Source: a virus
Lineage: Duplodnaviria > Caudoviricetes
IMG/VR virus record: IMGVR_UViG_3300005686_000008
Length of the DNA: 64,000 bases
Direction: 5' to 3' (one strand)
Made by a program: the position numbers and the translations under genes. Under the pieces are notes generated by a model that saw only the letters and a list, made by a program, of their open reading frames with translations, was not told where the DNA came from and did no database searches. Positions 36,700-47,098 of this stretch are shown here, piece by piece. Position 1 is the first letter of the stretch, and each line of letters starts with the position of its first letter.

Positions 36700-37323
36700 A
36701 TGAGTAACATTGTTCTTTCAATACTAGTTCCATCTATCCCGTCCAGAATTGACAAATTCTTAAAGCCGCTTTATAGCAAACTTGAAAGTCAATCTAGTAA
36801 AGTTTCTGATGTAGAAGTGCTGTGTTTGTTGGATAATAAGAAAAGAAGTATAGGTCTAAAAAGAGACGCTCTTCTAAGAGCTGCTCAAGGTAAATATGTT
36901 GCATTCGTTGACGATGATGATGATATTTCTGATGATTATGTAGAACAACTAAGAAATGCGATATATCATGAAGGCAAAGGATCTGATGTTATAGTTTTTG
37001 ATCAAATAGCTTCTATAAATAACAATCAGTTTAGAGTTCGCTTTGGTATTGAGTTTGAGAACGAACAAGCGGAAATGGACCCATACGGACAATATAAAGA
37101 TATTGTTAGAAAGCCATTTCACGTTTGTGCTTGGAAAAGAGAACTTGCTATAAAGTATAAGTTTCCAGATTGTTCATATGGAGAAGATTGGTATTGGGCT
37201 AAGCAAGTTCTTGGAGAAGTTAGTACACAGTATAGGATAGATAAAATATTGCATTATTATAGGTATAATGATAGTGTAACGGAAGCAGAATTGATATTTC
37301 CACCTGAACAGGATGAAAAATGA
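36700..37323 (+). CDS. glycosyltransferase family 2 (paralog of 35282-35905)
   Basis: LSILVPS, IGLKRD, GKYVAFVDDDD, YGED. Confidence 0.85.
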   Translation: MSNIVLSILVPSIPSRIDKFLKPLYSKLESQSSKVSDVEVLCLLDNKKRSIGLKRDALLRAAQGKYVAFVDDDDDISDDYVEQLRNAIYHEGKGSDVIVFDQIASINNNQFRVRFGIEFENEQAEMDPYGQYKDIVRKPFHVCAWKRELAIKYKFPDCSYGEDWYWAKQVLGEVSTQYRIDKILHYYRYNDSVTEAELIFPPEQDEK

Positions 37324-37787
37324 TGGAAAGTATTCTATTTCTTAATGATATAATCAATCAACATAAGGATTATTACGCTTTTGCTTATATTGGAAAGCCT
37401 AGTGTTGAGTTTTTGACGTATTTTATTCAAGGTCTAAGAAATAGGAATAATCATCAACCAAATGTCAATGATTATTGGGCTATTTATGTTATATCCGAAC
37501 AGTCAGAATCAGAACTAGAAGATTTCAAAAAGTCTCTTAGGGAAAACAAGATATATAATGATGTTATATGCATTTCAAGACCAAGTAATGAGGCAATATC
37601 GTTATTTAGGGACAGATACTTTGATATGATCTTTTTATATGATTTATCGGCCTTAATTGACAAGGATATTGGGCCTTGGTTATCTAAATTGAATACTGGC
37701 AAAATGATATGCGGCTTTGACCGTAGTATATTCGATGGCTTTTCATTAAGTAATCTTGGAGATGTTTGGTACACCATAAAGGAATAA
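37320..37787 (+). CDS. degenerate class I methyltransferase-like protein
   Basis: S.EA...F.D.YFDMIFL, W.SKL..G.MICG.D resembles the Methyltransf_24 C-half. Confidence 0.45.
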   Translation: MMESILFLNDIINQHKDYYAFAYIGKPSVEFLTYFIQGLRNRNNHQPNVNDYWAIYVISEQSESELEDFKKSLRENKIYNDVICISRPSNEAISLFRDRYFDMIFLYDLSALIDKDIGPWLSKLNTGKMICGFDRSIFDGFSLSNLGDVWYTIKE

Positions 37788-37789
37788 GT

Positions 37790-39085
37790 ATGATAAATGA
37801 ATGGACGTTTGGAATAATCACCGGGGGCGGCGCGGAAGCCCAAATCAATAAGATGATTGATTCCATTGAGAGGCAGAATATTCCATCTAACAAGTATGAA
37901 ATAGTTATTGTTGGTGGCTCTCCAATAGCAAGAAAGAATGTAAGACACATCCCATTTGATGAATCGCAAAAGGCTAATTGGATTACAAGAAAGAAGAACA
38001 TTATTTGTCAAAAGGCCAAGTTTGATAATATTGTTCTAACTCATGATTATATCATATTCCATGATGGATGGTATGATGGTTGGTTGAAATTTGCGGATGA
38101 TAATTGGGATGTTGCTCTTAACCCAATATTGAATGGCGATGGTACGAGATTTAGAGACTGGGTTACTCAAAACCCGTTATTCCTCGTTCCCTACAATATG
38201 AGAGCTTTTTCTAAGGCAATGTATATATCTGGAACTTATTGGTGCGCAAAGAAAAGTTTCATGCTTAAGTATCCGTTGAATGAAAATCATGTATGGAATC
38301 AATGGGAAGATGTAGAATGGTCATTTAGAGTGAGAGATTTGTGGAATTACAAGTGTAATCCATATTCGTTTGTTCAAAGTTCGAAGCAGAAAGTGTCTTG
38401 GATAAATCCAGAAGCAACTGTTGGAGAAGTTATTCATTATTCGCTACTTGAACAGCTTGTCAATAAGAACTCGGAATATAAGGTTTCTCATTCTAACAGT
38501 CGATTGATGCCAAATAACAATCTAAATATACAAAGCATACATTATGCCGAGTTCGACTTGCTAAGGAACTTTGTTAGAAATACAAAGCCATCGAATAGCC
38601 TTGTAGTAAGCTCTTGTGATTGTTTTAGTTCCCTGGCTGTTGCTTGGGCTTTGTCTTCTTTCGGAGGGAAACTGGATATTGTTGATTCTTATATGTTGCA
38701 GTTCTGTAATAGCATGAATGATATTATAGAAAATCATACTTCTAAGAAAGTCTATCCAGATTCGTATTGTCATAACTTGATGAAGTTTTTGATTAAGCAA
38801 TTTGAGTGGGAGAACTTAGTCAATATTCACGTTAAGCCGGTTCCATCAGGAATATCTGAAATGACTAAGAAATACGACTTTGTGTTTCTTGATGCTTTAG
38901 CTATGGACGGATTTAGGATAGATGATCTAAATGAAATCAAGAAAGTATTGAATGATAAGTTCGTAATAATGATGAATCTAAGAGGGTCTCCTCTTTCTTC
39001 AGAACTTTCTGAATGGGCGATGCAAAACTTCAATAAACAATGGAAAAATGAGTTTTCGGATATGGCTGTTATTAGGAATGATTAA
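37790..39085 (+). CDS. glycosyltransferase (GT-A) fused to a methyltransferase-like domain
   Basis: WTFGIIT, WITRKKN, LTHDY, EDVEWS; C-terminal YDFVFLDA. Confidence 0.65.
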   Translation: MINEWTFGIITGGGAEAQINKMIDSIERQNIPSNKYEIVIVGGSPIARKNVRHIPFDESQKANWITRKKNIICQKAKFDNIVLTHDYIIFHDGWYDGWLKFADDNWDVALNPILNGDGTRFRDWVTQNPLFLVPYNMRAFSKAMYISGTYWCAKKSFMLKYPLNENHVWNQWEDVEWSFRVRDLWNYKCNPYSFVQSSKQKVSWINPEATVGEVIHYSLLEQLVNKNSEYKVSHSNSRLMPNNNLNIQSIHYAEFDLLRNFVRNTKPSNSLVVSSCDCFSSLAVAWALSSFGGKLDIVDSYMLQFCNSMNDIIENHTSKKVYPDSYCHNLMKFLIKQFEWENLVNIHVKPVPSGISEMTKKYDFVFLDALAMDGFRIDDLNEIKKVLNDKFVIMMNLRGSPLSSELSEWAMQNFNKQWKNEFSDMAVIRND

Positions 39086-39698
39086 ATACTTACTATACGA
39101 TCTTGATGGGGTTCTTGTTGATGCATGCGACTGGCATTATCATTCCCTAAACTATGCGCTTATGGAAAGCGTTGGATATTCTATCCCATATGATGAACAT
39201 ATGTCTACATATAATGGTTTACCAACAAAAACTAAGTTGCTATTGTTGTCTAAAAAGGGACTAGTTGATCCATCTTTGTTTGAAACGATATTTGATAGAA
39301 AGCAATATTTTACAAAGATAGCAATTGAAAAATATGGCAAAATAGATGAAAACAAAATTCTCATTCATAAACATACTAAGTCTTTAGGTATACAATCTGT
39401 TTGTGTTACAAACTCTATTAGAGAAACGGCTGAGCTTATGTTGAATAGAACTGGTCAGCTCGACTATATGAATTTTGTTGTATGCAATGAAGATGTTTCT
39501 AAGAACAAGCCAGATCCTATGCCTTTCATTTTCGCCATACAAAAATTACGAGCCAATAATGATGAATGCCTTATTTTAGAAGATTCTGACAAGGGCATAA
39601 TGTCAGCAAGCGCTAGCGGAGCAAAATTCCATAGAGTAAAAGATTCTTCCGAAGTTATTTTGGAGAATATACAAAAATGGCTGGAGATACATGCCTAA
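39078..39698 (+). CDS. HAD-family phosphatase (beta-PGM-like)
   Basis: YDLDGVLVD, VTNS, KPDP, LEDSDKG. Confidence 0.88.
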   Translation: MIKYLLYDLDGVLVDACDWHYHSLNYALMESVGYSIPYDEHMSTYNGLPTKTKLLLLSKKGLVDPSLFETIFDRKQYFTKIAIEKYGKIDENKILIHKHTKSLGIQSVCVTNSIRETAELMLNRTGQLDYMNFVVCNEDVSKNKPDPMPFIFAIQKLRANNDECLILEDSDKGIMSASASGAKFHRVKDSSEVILENIQKWLEIHA

Positions 39699-40341
39699 TG
39701 CTGTGTTTTTTCATATTGCAACCATTGGCTCATACGTTTCTATTATGAACGAGATGGTTGGCTGTATCAACTCATCTGGAATATTGAATAATGTAGATTT
39801 TGTTGGCTTGGGGGTTGTAGGGAATGGCCCGGTAACTGTTCATAGTCCAAAGTTCCCTATTCTATATAGAAATGCTGATGTTAAGAAATGCGAGTTTATT
39901 ACGCTAAAAAGTTTGCAGGATTACTGTAAACGTAATCATTCTTCTAAGGTATTGTATATTCATACAAAAGGCGTAAGTACGCCAGCAAATCCGTGTATTG
40001 ACGATTGGCGAAAGTACATGAGTTATTTTCTTATTGAGAAATATAAGGATTGCATTTCTTATCTTGATGAATTTGATACCGTTGGGGTTGATTGGAGAAC
40101 GGACCCAGTGCCTCATTTTTCTGGCAATTTTTGGTGGGCAAAAGGAGGATATATAGCCTCTTTACCTTGTATAGAAGGACTGTCAAGACCAGACGCCCCG
40201 CATGTTATTTCTGTAAGACATAATGCGGAATTTTGGATAGGAATGAATAAGCCTAAGACAAAGATTTTGTGGGATTGCGGAATAAATCAATATTCAAGGC
40301 ACCTGCATAGATACCCAAGAGAAATGTACCAAAAGGAGTAG
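39691..40341 (+). CDS. putative glycosyltransferase-like protein (HTKG motif)
   Basis: E..TL, LYIHTKG, WR.YM.YF, HFSGNFWWA, AEFWIG. Confidence 0.55.
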   Translation: MPNAVFFHIATIGSYVSIMNEMVGCINSSGILNNVDFVGLGVVGNGPVTVHSPKFPILYRNADVKKCEFITLKSLQDYCKRNHSSKVLYIHTKGVSTPANPCIDDWRKYMSYFLIEKYKDCISYLDEFDTVGVDWRTDPVPHFSGNFWWAKGGYIASLPCIEGLSRPDAPHVISVRHNAEFWIGMNKPKTKILWDCGINQYSRHLHRYPREMYQKE

Positions 40342-40344
40342 TAT

Positions 40345-40821
40345 ATGTACGACCATGTAACAGATCCGGATGTTAAGAAAACGCTAGAGACCTATAAGCC
40401 TCTTATGGATGCTTTGAAAAAGCAACCGCTTGACCTTAGCACTTATAGAGTTGAGAAGCATTGGGGATATGAGGTTTGGCTTGATGTAAATGAACACTAT
40501 GCATACAAACTTATTCATATGAAGCAAGGGTGCCGTTGTAGCTTGCAGTCTCATGAGAAAAAGGTAGAAGCAAATTACATCATTGCTGGAGAAGCTGAAG
40601 TTCTTCTTGAGAATGATGCTGGAGAAATGGTTTCTACTATTTACAAGGTAGGAGAAGGTTGGTCGGTTCCTGTTGGTAAAAAGCATAGAGTTATAGCTAA
40701 GACAGACTATACGGCTCTTGAGGTTTCTACTCCTCATTTGGATGACATAATTCGTTATGCTGATGACGCTGGAAGAGGCAGTGGTACGGTTCAATCGGAA
40801 CATAAAGGTAATGCAATATAA
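40345..40821 (+). CDS. cupin, mannose-6-phosphate isomerase type II C-terminal-like
   Basis: VEKHWGYE, SLQSH..K.E, KHR, EVST, DDIIRY.DD.GR. Confidence 0.8.
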   Translation: MYDHVTDPDVKKTLETYKPLMDALKKQPLDLSTYRVEKHWGYEVWLDVNEHYAYKLIHMKQGCRCSLQSHEKKVEANYIIAGEAEVLLENDAGEMVSTIYKVGEGWSVPVGKKHRVIAKTDYTALEVSTPHLDDIIRYADDAGRGSGTVQSEHKGNAI

Positions 40822-42352
40822 GGTTTGTATACTGAGCGCCGGTCTTGGTTCTAGAATAAAGTCATATCCTAATCTTCATAAATCGCTTCTTCCTTTGCGT
40901 AATAGGACGACTATATCTCGTATCATGGACCAATTCAAGGACAACACGATAGTTGTTGCCCTTGGTTATAAATCCGATCAAGTACGTTCTTATTTGGAGT
41001 TTATGCATCCAAATAGGAGCTTTGAGTTTGTATATGTAGACAATTACGATAAAAAAGGCTCTGGCCCAGGCTATAGCCTTTTTTCATGTAGACATAATCT
41101 TGATTGTCCTTTCGTGTTTACATCTGTTGATACCCTTGTTGATCCATTAGAAAATAACTTAGAACCTTCGTATGACTGGGTTGGTGTTGGGTCTCCTGTT
41201 TGGGATTTCGGAACTGAGTATTGTAATTTTTCGGAGGATAATGGATTTTCGTTTGGCGAGAAGAGTAATGTTTATATAGGTATGGCTGGCGTTTTCAATT
41301 ATGCATCTTTTTGGGATAGCCTAGCGAAACCAAATATTGTTAGAAATGAACATCAAGTCATAGACGGATTTTCTGCTTTGAAGCCAAAGATGAAATGGTT
41401 TGATTCATGGCTAGATACTGGAAACAAAAATAGCCATGATTATGCCAAAAATAAGTTTGCAAATACCATTGTTGAAGAGAAGTTTGAAGAAGCAATCTTT
41501 ATTGATAATGGTAGGGTTGCGAAATTCTTTTCAGATGCAAGCAAGGTTGATAAGAGGGTTGAAAGAGCCTCTATACTAAAAGAATATGTGCCAAAGGTAG
41601 TCAAGATTGATGATAACATTTATGGTTATGACTATATTGATGGAACCTTATTGTCAAATGTCGTGAGCGAATCTGAAATGGATTCGTTCATTTCTTTTTT
41701 GGATAGATTCATGGTTGAGATTGATGCTCCGGCTGGCTTCCATGAAGACTGTACTGCAATGCATAAAGGCAAACTATATAACAGGATATTAACTCATCCA
41801 AATATTGATTTGCTTGAATCTGTAAAAGAGATAAACGGAATACCAGTAAAGCCAATAAGGTCGCTTTTAGATGCGATTAATTGGGATGAAATTTGTAATA
41901 ATGGAATACCTATTAGGTTTCATGGAGATTTGCAGCCTGAAAATATTCTTATTTCAAATGGTAACGTAGTTCTATTAGATTGGAGAGATTCTTTTGGTAA
42001 AAGTATTTCTGTAGGCGACTTGTACTATGATTTTGGTAAACTGTATCATGCAATCATAGTAAATGGAGATGTTATTAGGAAAAAGCATTTCAATGTATTA
42101 TTAGATAATGAAGCAGGTTCAGTCGATATAAATGTTAGATCGAATCTAATGATTTTGATGAATAAGTTTAGAGACTTTTGTTTTAGAAAAGGATTGGATT
42201 GGAATAGGATTGTTTTGTTAGGCATTTTACAATGGATCAATATATCGCCTATGCATTCTGGTGAGTATTCGAATTTCTTGTATTTGTTTGGTAAGTTGCA
42301 GCTTCAGAAGTATTTGGAGAACAGTTATGCAGAACTTGATAGAAATGTATAA
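40811..42352 (+). CDS. nucleotidyltransferase fused to an APH/choline-kinase-like domain
   Basis: ILSAGLGSR..HKSLLP, WLDTGN; kinase HGDLQPENIL, LLDWR, GDLYYDFGK. Confidence 0.85.
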   Translation: MQYKVCILSAGLGSRIKSYPNLHKSLLPLRNRTTISRIMDQFKDNTIVVALGYKSDQVRSYLEFMHPNRSFEFVYVDNYDKKGSGPGYSLFSCRHNLDCPFVFTSVDTLVDPLENNLEPSYDWVGVGSPVWDFGTEYCNFSEDNGFSFGEKSNVYIGMAGVFNYASFWDSLAKPNIVRNEHQVIDGFSALKPKMKWFDSWLDTGNKNSHDYAKNKFANTIVEEKFEEAIFIDNGRVAKFFSDASKVDKRVERASILKEYVPKVVKIDDNIYGYDYIDGTLLSNVVSESEMDSFISFLDRFMVEIDAPAGFHEDCTAMHKGKLYNRILTHPNIDLLESVKEINGIPVKPIRSLLDAINWDEICNNGIPIRFHGDLQPENILISNGNVVLLDWRDSFGKSISVGDLYYDFGKLYHAIIVNGDVIRKKHFNVLLDNEAGSVDINVRSNLMILMNKFRDFCFRKGLDWNRIVLLGILQWINISPMHSGEYSNFLYLFGKLQLQKYLENSYAELDRNV

Positions 42353-42959
42353 AAGAGAGTCGGCTAGCACTTTTAATTCCATTAGCAATGAACAGATAAC
42401 TCGGTTTGTTGAGATGATTCTTGAAGCATATGATTCGGGAGGTAAGGTTTATATATGTGGCAATGGCGGCAATGCGGCTTATGTAGCTAACTTTGTAACC
42501 GACCTCAACTTACACCCTTTTGTTTCAGAAGATAAGTCTAAGCCAATGAATGTCTCCAAAAGAATGTTCTGTATTAATCTTACGGATTCTACCTCAACTA
42601 TAACCGGAATATTGAACGATGTTGGCGCTGATTTTATATTCAGCGAACAAATGAAGATATCAGCTAGGGCTGGAGACTTATTCATAGGTCTAAGCGGATC
42701 TGGAAACTCAAAGAATGTTCTTGAAGCTATAAAGTATGGCAAGACTACTGGCGTAAAAAGTATTGTTATAACCAAAAAGGCGGAATCTTCTTGCGGGTTG
42801 ATTGCGGATCTTGTTGTTGAAATAACTGGGGATTCTGAGTTCCCGGGGCAAACTGGTAAGAATAACAATAACTTCCATTTTGAAGATTCAGTATCTAAAC
42901 TTTCGCATATCGCAACTGGTATATTAAAACAAAAGGTGCAAAATGAAAATCGATCCTAA
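42327..42959 (+). CDS. gmhA: SIS-domain phosphoheptose isomerase-like
   Basis: CGNGGNAA, NDVG...IFSEQ, GD..IGLSGSGNS.NV, FED. Confidence 0.8.
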   Translation: MQNLIEMYKRESASTFNSISNEQITRFVEMILEAYDSGGKVYICGNGGNAAYVANFVTDLNLHPFVSEDKSKPMNVSKRMFCINLTDSTSTITGILNDVGADFIFSEQMKISARAGDLFIGLSGSGNSKNVLEAIKYGKTTGVKSIVITKKAESSCGLIADLVVEITGDSEFPGQTGKNNNNFHFEDSVSKLSHIATGILKQKVQNENRS

Positions 42960-43722
42960 AAAAATACGAATGCATGTTCTTAATATGGTGTATTCTAAGA
43001 AGTCCGGGCATATTGGCGGAAGTTTTTCTATAGCGGAATTGATTTCATATTTATATAGTACATACAACCTTGCTTCTTCTGATATTGATTCTGATAAGCT
43101 CATACTTTCAAAAGGACATGCAGTTCCTGCCATTTATGCCGCTTTGTATGAATTAGGTAAGATTAAAGAAGAAGACTTGGCAAACTTTAGGGAGATAAAT
43201 TCTCCATTGCAAGGGCATCCTGATAAATGTAGGTTGCCTTTAATGCATGCAACAACAGGATCTCTTGGACAGGGACTGAGTATTGCTATCGGTCATGCTT
43301 TAGCTGCTAAAATGCAAAATAAAGAGTTCAAGGTTTTTTGTATACTTGGAGATGGAGAGATTCAAGAAGGACAAGTTTGGGAGTCATTTATGTTTGCTCC
43401 TAAATATGAGCTTTCTAATCTGATTGCATTTGTTGATCTCAATGGCGGTCAAAATGATGGATACGTTTCTGATACGCTTAATATAGGAGAGGTCAAAAAT
43501 AAGATTAAGACTTTCGGATGGAACGTTATAAAGATTGATGGACATAGTATAAAGAGCATAGATGGGGCTATGAATAGGCTTTCTAATACAAAGCCAAACT
43601 GTATATTGCTTAGAACCGTAAAGGGTAAGGGAGTTTCATTTATGGAACATCCTGAATGGCACTCTAGAGTTCCGACAGAAGAAGAATACAAAAAGGCTTT
43701 AGAGGAGATTACAAATGGATAA
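42943..43722 (+). CDS. transketolase N-terminal subunit
   Basis: GHIGGSFS, LSKGHA, LQGHP, TGSLGQG, GDGE..EG..WE, DGH, KGKG. Confidence 0.93.
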   Translation: MKIDPKKIRMHVLNMVYSKKSGHIGGSFSIAELISYLYSTYNLASSDIDSDKLILSKGHAVPAIYAALYELGKIKEEDLANFREINSPLQGHPDKCRLPLMHATTGSLGQGLSIAIGHALAAKMQNKEFKVFCILGDGEIQEGQVWESFMFAPKYELSNLIAFVDLNGGQNDGYVSDTLNIGEVKNKIKTFGWNVIKIDGHSIKSIDGAMNRLSNTKPNCILLRTVKGKGVSFMEHPEWHSRVPTEEEYKKALEEITNG

Positions 43723-44638
43723 GGCAACAAGAGACGGCTTTGGAGACCAACTCGCTATTTGCGGACAAGAAAATACGAACATAGTGGTTCTTGGAGCCGA
43801 TCTTTCTAAGGCTACCAAAGCATCCGTGTTCAAGTCTAAATGTCCAGATAGGTATATTGAGGTTGGTATTGCGGAAGCAAATATGATAGGCATTGCTTCC
43901 GGATTATCTTCATATGGGTATAGAGTATTCATCTCTTCATTTGCTTCTTTCCTAACAGGAAGATATGATATTATACGATGTTCTTTGGCTTATTCTCAAG
44001 CTCCTGTTGTAATCGTTGGGACTCATTCTGGCCTTGCTATCGGCAAGGATGGTGTTACTCAAATGGGAACTGAGGATATTAATTTGATGAGAGGGCTTCC
44101 AGGAGTTGATGTAATTCAACCAGCAACAGCGAAAGAGGCTATGGCTGTTACAAAATACCTATGTTCTTCTAATAATCTATGCTATTTGAGACTTGGAAGG
44201 CAGCCAGTAAGAGAAGTTTTTGATGATTCGTATTGTTTCCATTTTGGCAAGGCCAATGTAATAAAAGACGGAGATGATATAGCTGTATTCTCAAGCGGAT
44301 GCGTTTTGCCAGATGTTATAGATGCTTGCAAGATACTTGAAAATGATGGTCACAAATGCGCTATCATAAATATTGCAACGATTAAGCCAATAGATAGAGA
44401 AGCCATCATTCATTTTGCTAATAAGAACAAGATGCTTGTTTCTGTAGAAGACCATTCCATTATTGGCGGACTAGGTAGCGCAATATCAGAAGTTCTTACC
44501 GACGAGTACCCAAAGAAACTTGTTAGAATAGGCATAAATGATACTTTCGCAGAATCAGGAAAGCCAGAGTCTCTTTATGAAAAATATGGACTTTCGGCAG
44601 TTGCCATAGCAAATAGAATCAAATCATGCATTCAATAA
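43715..44638 (+). CDS. transketolase C-terminal subunit
   Basis: ATRDGFG, GIAEANM, DG.TQ, YLRLGR, IKPID, EDH..IGGLGS. Confidence 0.93.
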   Translation: MDKATRDGFGDQLAICGQENTNIVVLGADLSKATKASVFKSKCPDRYIEVGIAEANMIGIASGLSSYGYRVFISSFASFLTGRYDIIRCSLAYSQAPVVIVGTHSGLAIGKDGVTQMGTEDINLMRGLPGVDVIQPATAKEAMAVTKYLCSSNNLCYLRLGRQPVREVFDDSYCFHFGKANVIKDGDDIAVFSSGCVLPDVIDACKILENDGHKCAIINIATIKPIDREAIIHFANKNKMLVSVEDHSIIGGLGSAISEVLTDEYPKKLVRIGINDTFAESGKPESLYEKYGLSAVAIANRIKSCIQ

Positions 44639-45294
44639 ATAAGGATACATTACTATTTGGTTCTTTTTCTCGTTCTGCCGGGAATTTTGGATGCCGTATT
44701 CATAATGCTGCTTTTGATTTTTATGGCATCAATGCTATCTACAAATCATTTTCTGTTGGCAGTATAAAACAGGCTATAGAAGCCATGATAACTCTTGATA
44801 TTAGAGGCGTTGGTATTTCTATGCCATATAAGGTGTTATGCCTTGACTTTGTTCATGAAGTTTCTGAAGAAGTCAATCATATAGGATCTGCAAATACTAT
44901 TACTAATTTGAATGGCGTTCTAAAAGCGTATAATACCGATTATTTTGCAGCGTTACAAAAGCTTTCCAAGTTTCCCCATAAAGATGTTACGATTTTGGGT
45001 AATGGTGGATATGCGAAATCGGTGTTATATGCGGCAAAGCTGCTCGGTAAGAATTGCCTGAGCATCACAAGAGAGAATTGGACAAGTCTGCATTCTATCA
45101 AGGATGCATTGATTTTTAATTGCACTCCTGTCGAAAATATAAGTAAGATGCTTGATGAGTCAAACTCCTATATTGATTGTTTGATACATACGAATACTGG
45201 TAAAGAGCTTTCATTATGGCAAGCTTCGATGCAGTTTGAAATTTATACAGGCAAGAAGTTCCCGATGCATTTATTTGGAGACAATAATGAGTAA
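44626..45294 (+). CDS. shikimate dehydrogenase-like oxidoreductase
   Basis: HNAAF, GISMPYK, IGSANT, AYNTD, ILGNGG.A, NCTP, QA..QF.IYTG. Confidence 0.75.
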   Translation: MHSINKDTLLFGSFSRSAGNFGCRIHNAAFDFYGINAIYKSFSVGSIKQAIEAMITLDIRGVGISMPYKVLCLDFVHEVSEEVNHIGSANTITNLNGVLKAYNTDYFAALQKLSKFPHKDVTILGNGGYAKSVLYAAKLLGKNCLSITRENWTSLHSIKDALIFNCTPVENISKMLDESNSYIDCLIHTNTGKELSLWQASMQFEIYTGKKFPMHLFGDNNE

Positions 45295-45643
45295 GCCGAA
45301 AACGATATTTCTTGATATAGATGGAACCATATTGTATCATTTTGGAGACATTGAAAAGCAAGTTACCATTCCTTCGAGAGTCCTTAATGGTGTCAAAGAG
45401 AAATTTGTAGAATGGGATATGCTTGGATACAATATAATACTTGTTACGGGAAGAAGAGAAAGTCATAGGGAAATAACAGAGAAACAAATCAAAGAAAGCG
45501 GACTGTTTTATGATCAGTTGATTATGGGAATTGGAGGAGGGGTTCGTGTTTTGATAAATGATTTGAAACCTAATTCTGAAGAGCCAACAGCGATTGCCTT
45601 CAATTTGAAAAGAAATGACGGAATATCTGAGATTTCTATATGA
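45287..45643 (+). CDS. small HAD phosphatase
   Basis: FLDIDGTI, VTGR, YDQLIMG, LIND.KP. Confidence 0.75.
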   Translation: MSKPKTIFLDIDGTILYHFGDIEKQVTIPSRVLNGVKEKFVEWDMLGYNIILVTGRRESHREITEKQIKESGLFYDQLIMGIGGGVRVLINDLKPNSEEPTAIAFNLKRNDGISEISI

Positions 45644-46407
45644 TAAAAACCAAGGAAACAAGTAGCGGTAGAGTTTTCAATGTCAGGGGAGAACCTAACA
45701 CTGACAACTCGGTAGACGAGCAAATTTTCAATGCCGTTATTGTTAATAATGAATACAAAATAGACGAAAGAGTTCAGGGCGGTATTGTAATAGATATCGG
45801 AGCCAATATAGGTTGTTTTTCTTTTTTGTGTATAGAAAAAGGAGCTAGCGAGATTCATGCTTTTGAGCCTCAAGAAAGAAACTTTGAAATGCTATCAATG
45901 AATATTAAAGGCCCAAGATTTTTTGTTTACAATAAAGCGGTTTGGCGCAGCGATAAAGAAGATGCAGTTTTATGCTTTCATAATGGGCAACATGAGGGGG
46001 CTGGTTTTGTTACCAATAATGACGGGGATTCAAAAGTAAAAACGATAGCATTTGATGATATAGTGCGAAGCATAGTTAATAAAGGTAACAGAGTGAGACT
46101 TCTAAAAATTGATTGCGAAGGTTCTGAATTCCCAATCTTGTATACTTCTAAAATGTTGGAATATGTTGATGAAATAGTAGGAGAGTTACATTTCTTTAGT
46201 TGGTTGTATAACAATAATAATGACGAACGAGGAGTTCCTCGCCCCGGAGATCATCCTTTAGGTTTGGATGATTTGCCTTATGAGACTGATGCAGAAACGT
46301 TTTTCCTTTTCCTTAAAAATCAAGGTTTTACGAATATACAATATGGCAGATCAATACCAGAAGGTTATTCTCTTGGAGGAATGGATTTTTCAGCAAGTAG
46401 GAGATAA
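45640..46407 (+). CDS. FkbM-family methyltransferase
   Basis: IDIGANIG, AFEP, LKIDCEGSE, GELH. Confidence 0.9.
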   Translation: MIKTKETSSGRVFNVRGEPNTDNSVDEQIFNAVIVNNEYKIDERVQGGIVIDIGANIGCFSFLCIEKGASEIHAFEPQERNFEMLSMNIKGPRFFVYNKAVWRSDKEDAVLCFHNGQHEGAGFVTNNDGDSKVKTIAFDDIVRSIVNKGNRVRLLKIDCEGSEFPILYTSKMLEYVDEIVGELHFFSWLYNNNNDERGVPRPGDHPLGLDDLPYETDAETFFLFLKNQGFTNIQYGRSIPEGYSLGGMDFSASRR

Positions 46408-46408
46408 T

Positions 46409-47098
46409 ATGTTTGTAATACCATGCAAATATAGTTCTAAATTCAATTTCATTCATTCTTTGGTTGATGATATTAGAAGATATCATCCAAAAGAAGAGAT
46501 TGTTGTTGTTGATAGTGCTTCTCAGGATAAGTCTTATTTTAGAGACCTAAGAAAAGTTCCGAATCTTTACATAGAAGACATAAACAATGTTAATTATGAT
46601 ATTGGAGCGTATTGGCATGCGTTCAAAAAGTACAATGATAGACCTTTCTTTTATTTCATGCATGATTCTATGAAGGTTAAGGCTAATCTTGATTACATGA
46701 AAGAAAAAGACCTTACAATCTTGTGTCATTTTGGAAGAAATCGTCCAGGATTTATTTGTAAAAGAGATGAAGTTAGGAATCTTACAAAATATGAATGGAC
46801 TGATGAGGGCAAAGGCGTGTATGGCCCAATATTTTTCTGCAAAAGAGAGTTAATGCAGAAACTCTATGACAAAGGCATGTCAAACGTTATTCCTAGAGCG
46901 AAAAATGAAACAGGATGCATGGAAGCTGCGATTGGAAATGCTTTTGAGAGAGAAGGATACGATTTAGATAAGTGTTGTTTATATGGAGATATACTTGGAC
47001 TGGAATCTCCCGGAGGCAAATCAGGACCGCCTCCTCACAACACTTCTTGGCAGTTTCCGGTCGAAAAGTTTTATGCAGCACTTATGGGGAGAGTATAA
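46409..47098 (+). CDS. putative glycosyltransferase
   Basis: FVIP, IVVVDS.S, YDIGAY, FMHDS. Confidence 0.6.
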   Translation: MFVIPCKYSSKFNFIHSLVDDIRRYHPKEEIVVVDSASQDKSYFRDLRKVPNLYIEDINNVNYDIGAYWHAFKKYNDRPFFYFMHDSMKVKANLDYMKEKDLTILCHFGRNRPGFICKRDEVRNLTKYEWTDEGKGVYGPIFFCKRELMQKLYDKGMSNVIPRAKNETGCMEAAIGNAFEREGYDLDKCCLYGDILGLESPGGKSGPPPHNTSWQFPVEKFYAALMGRV

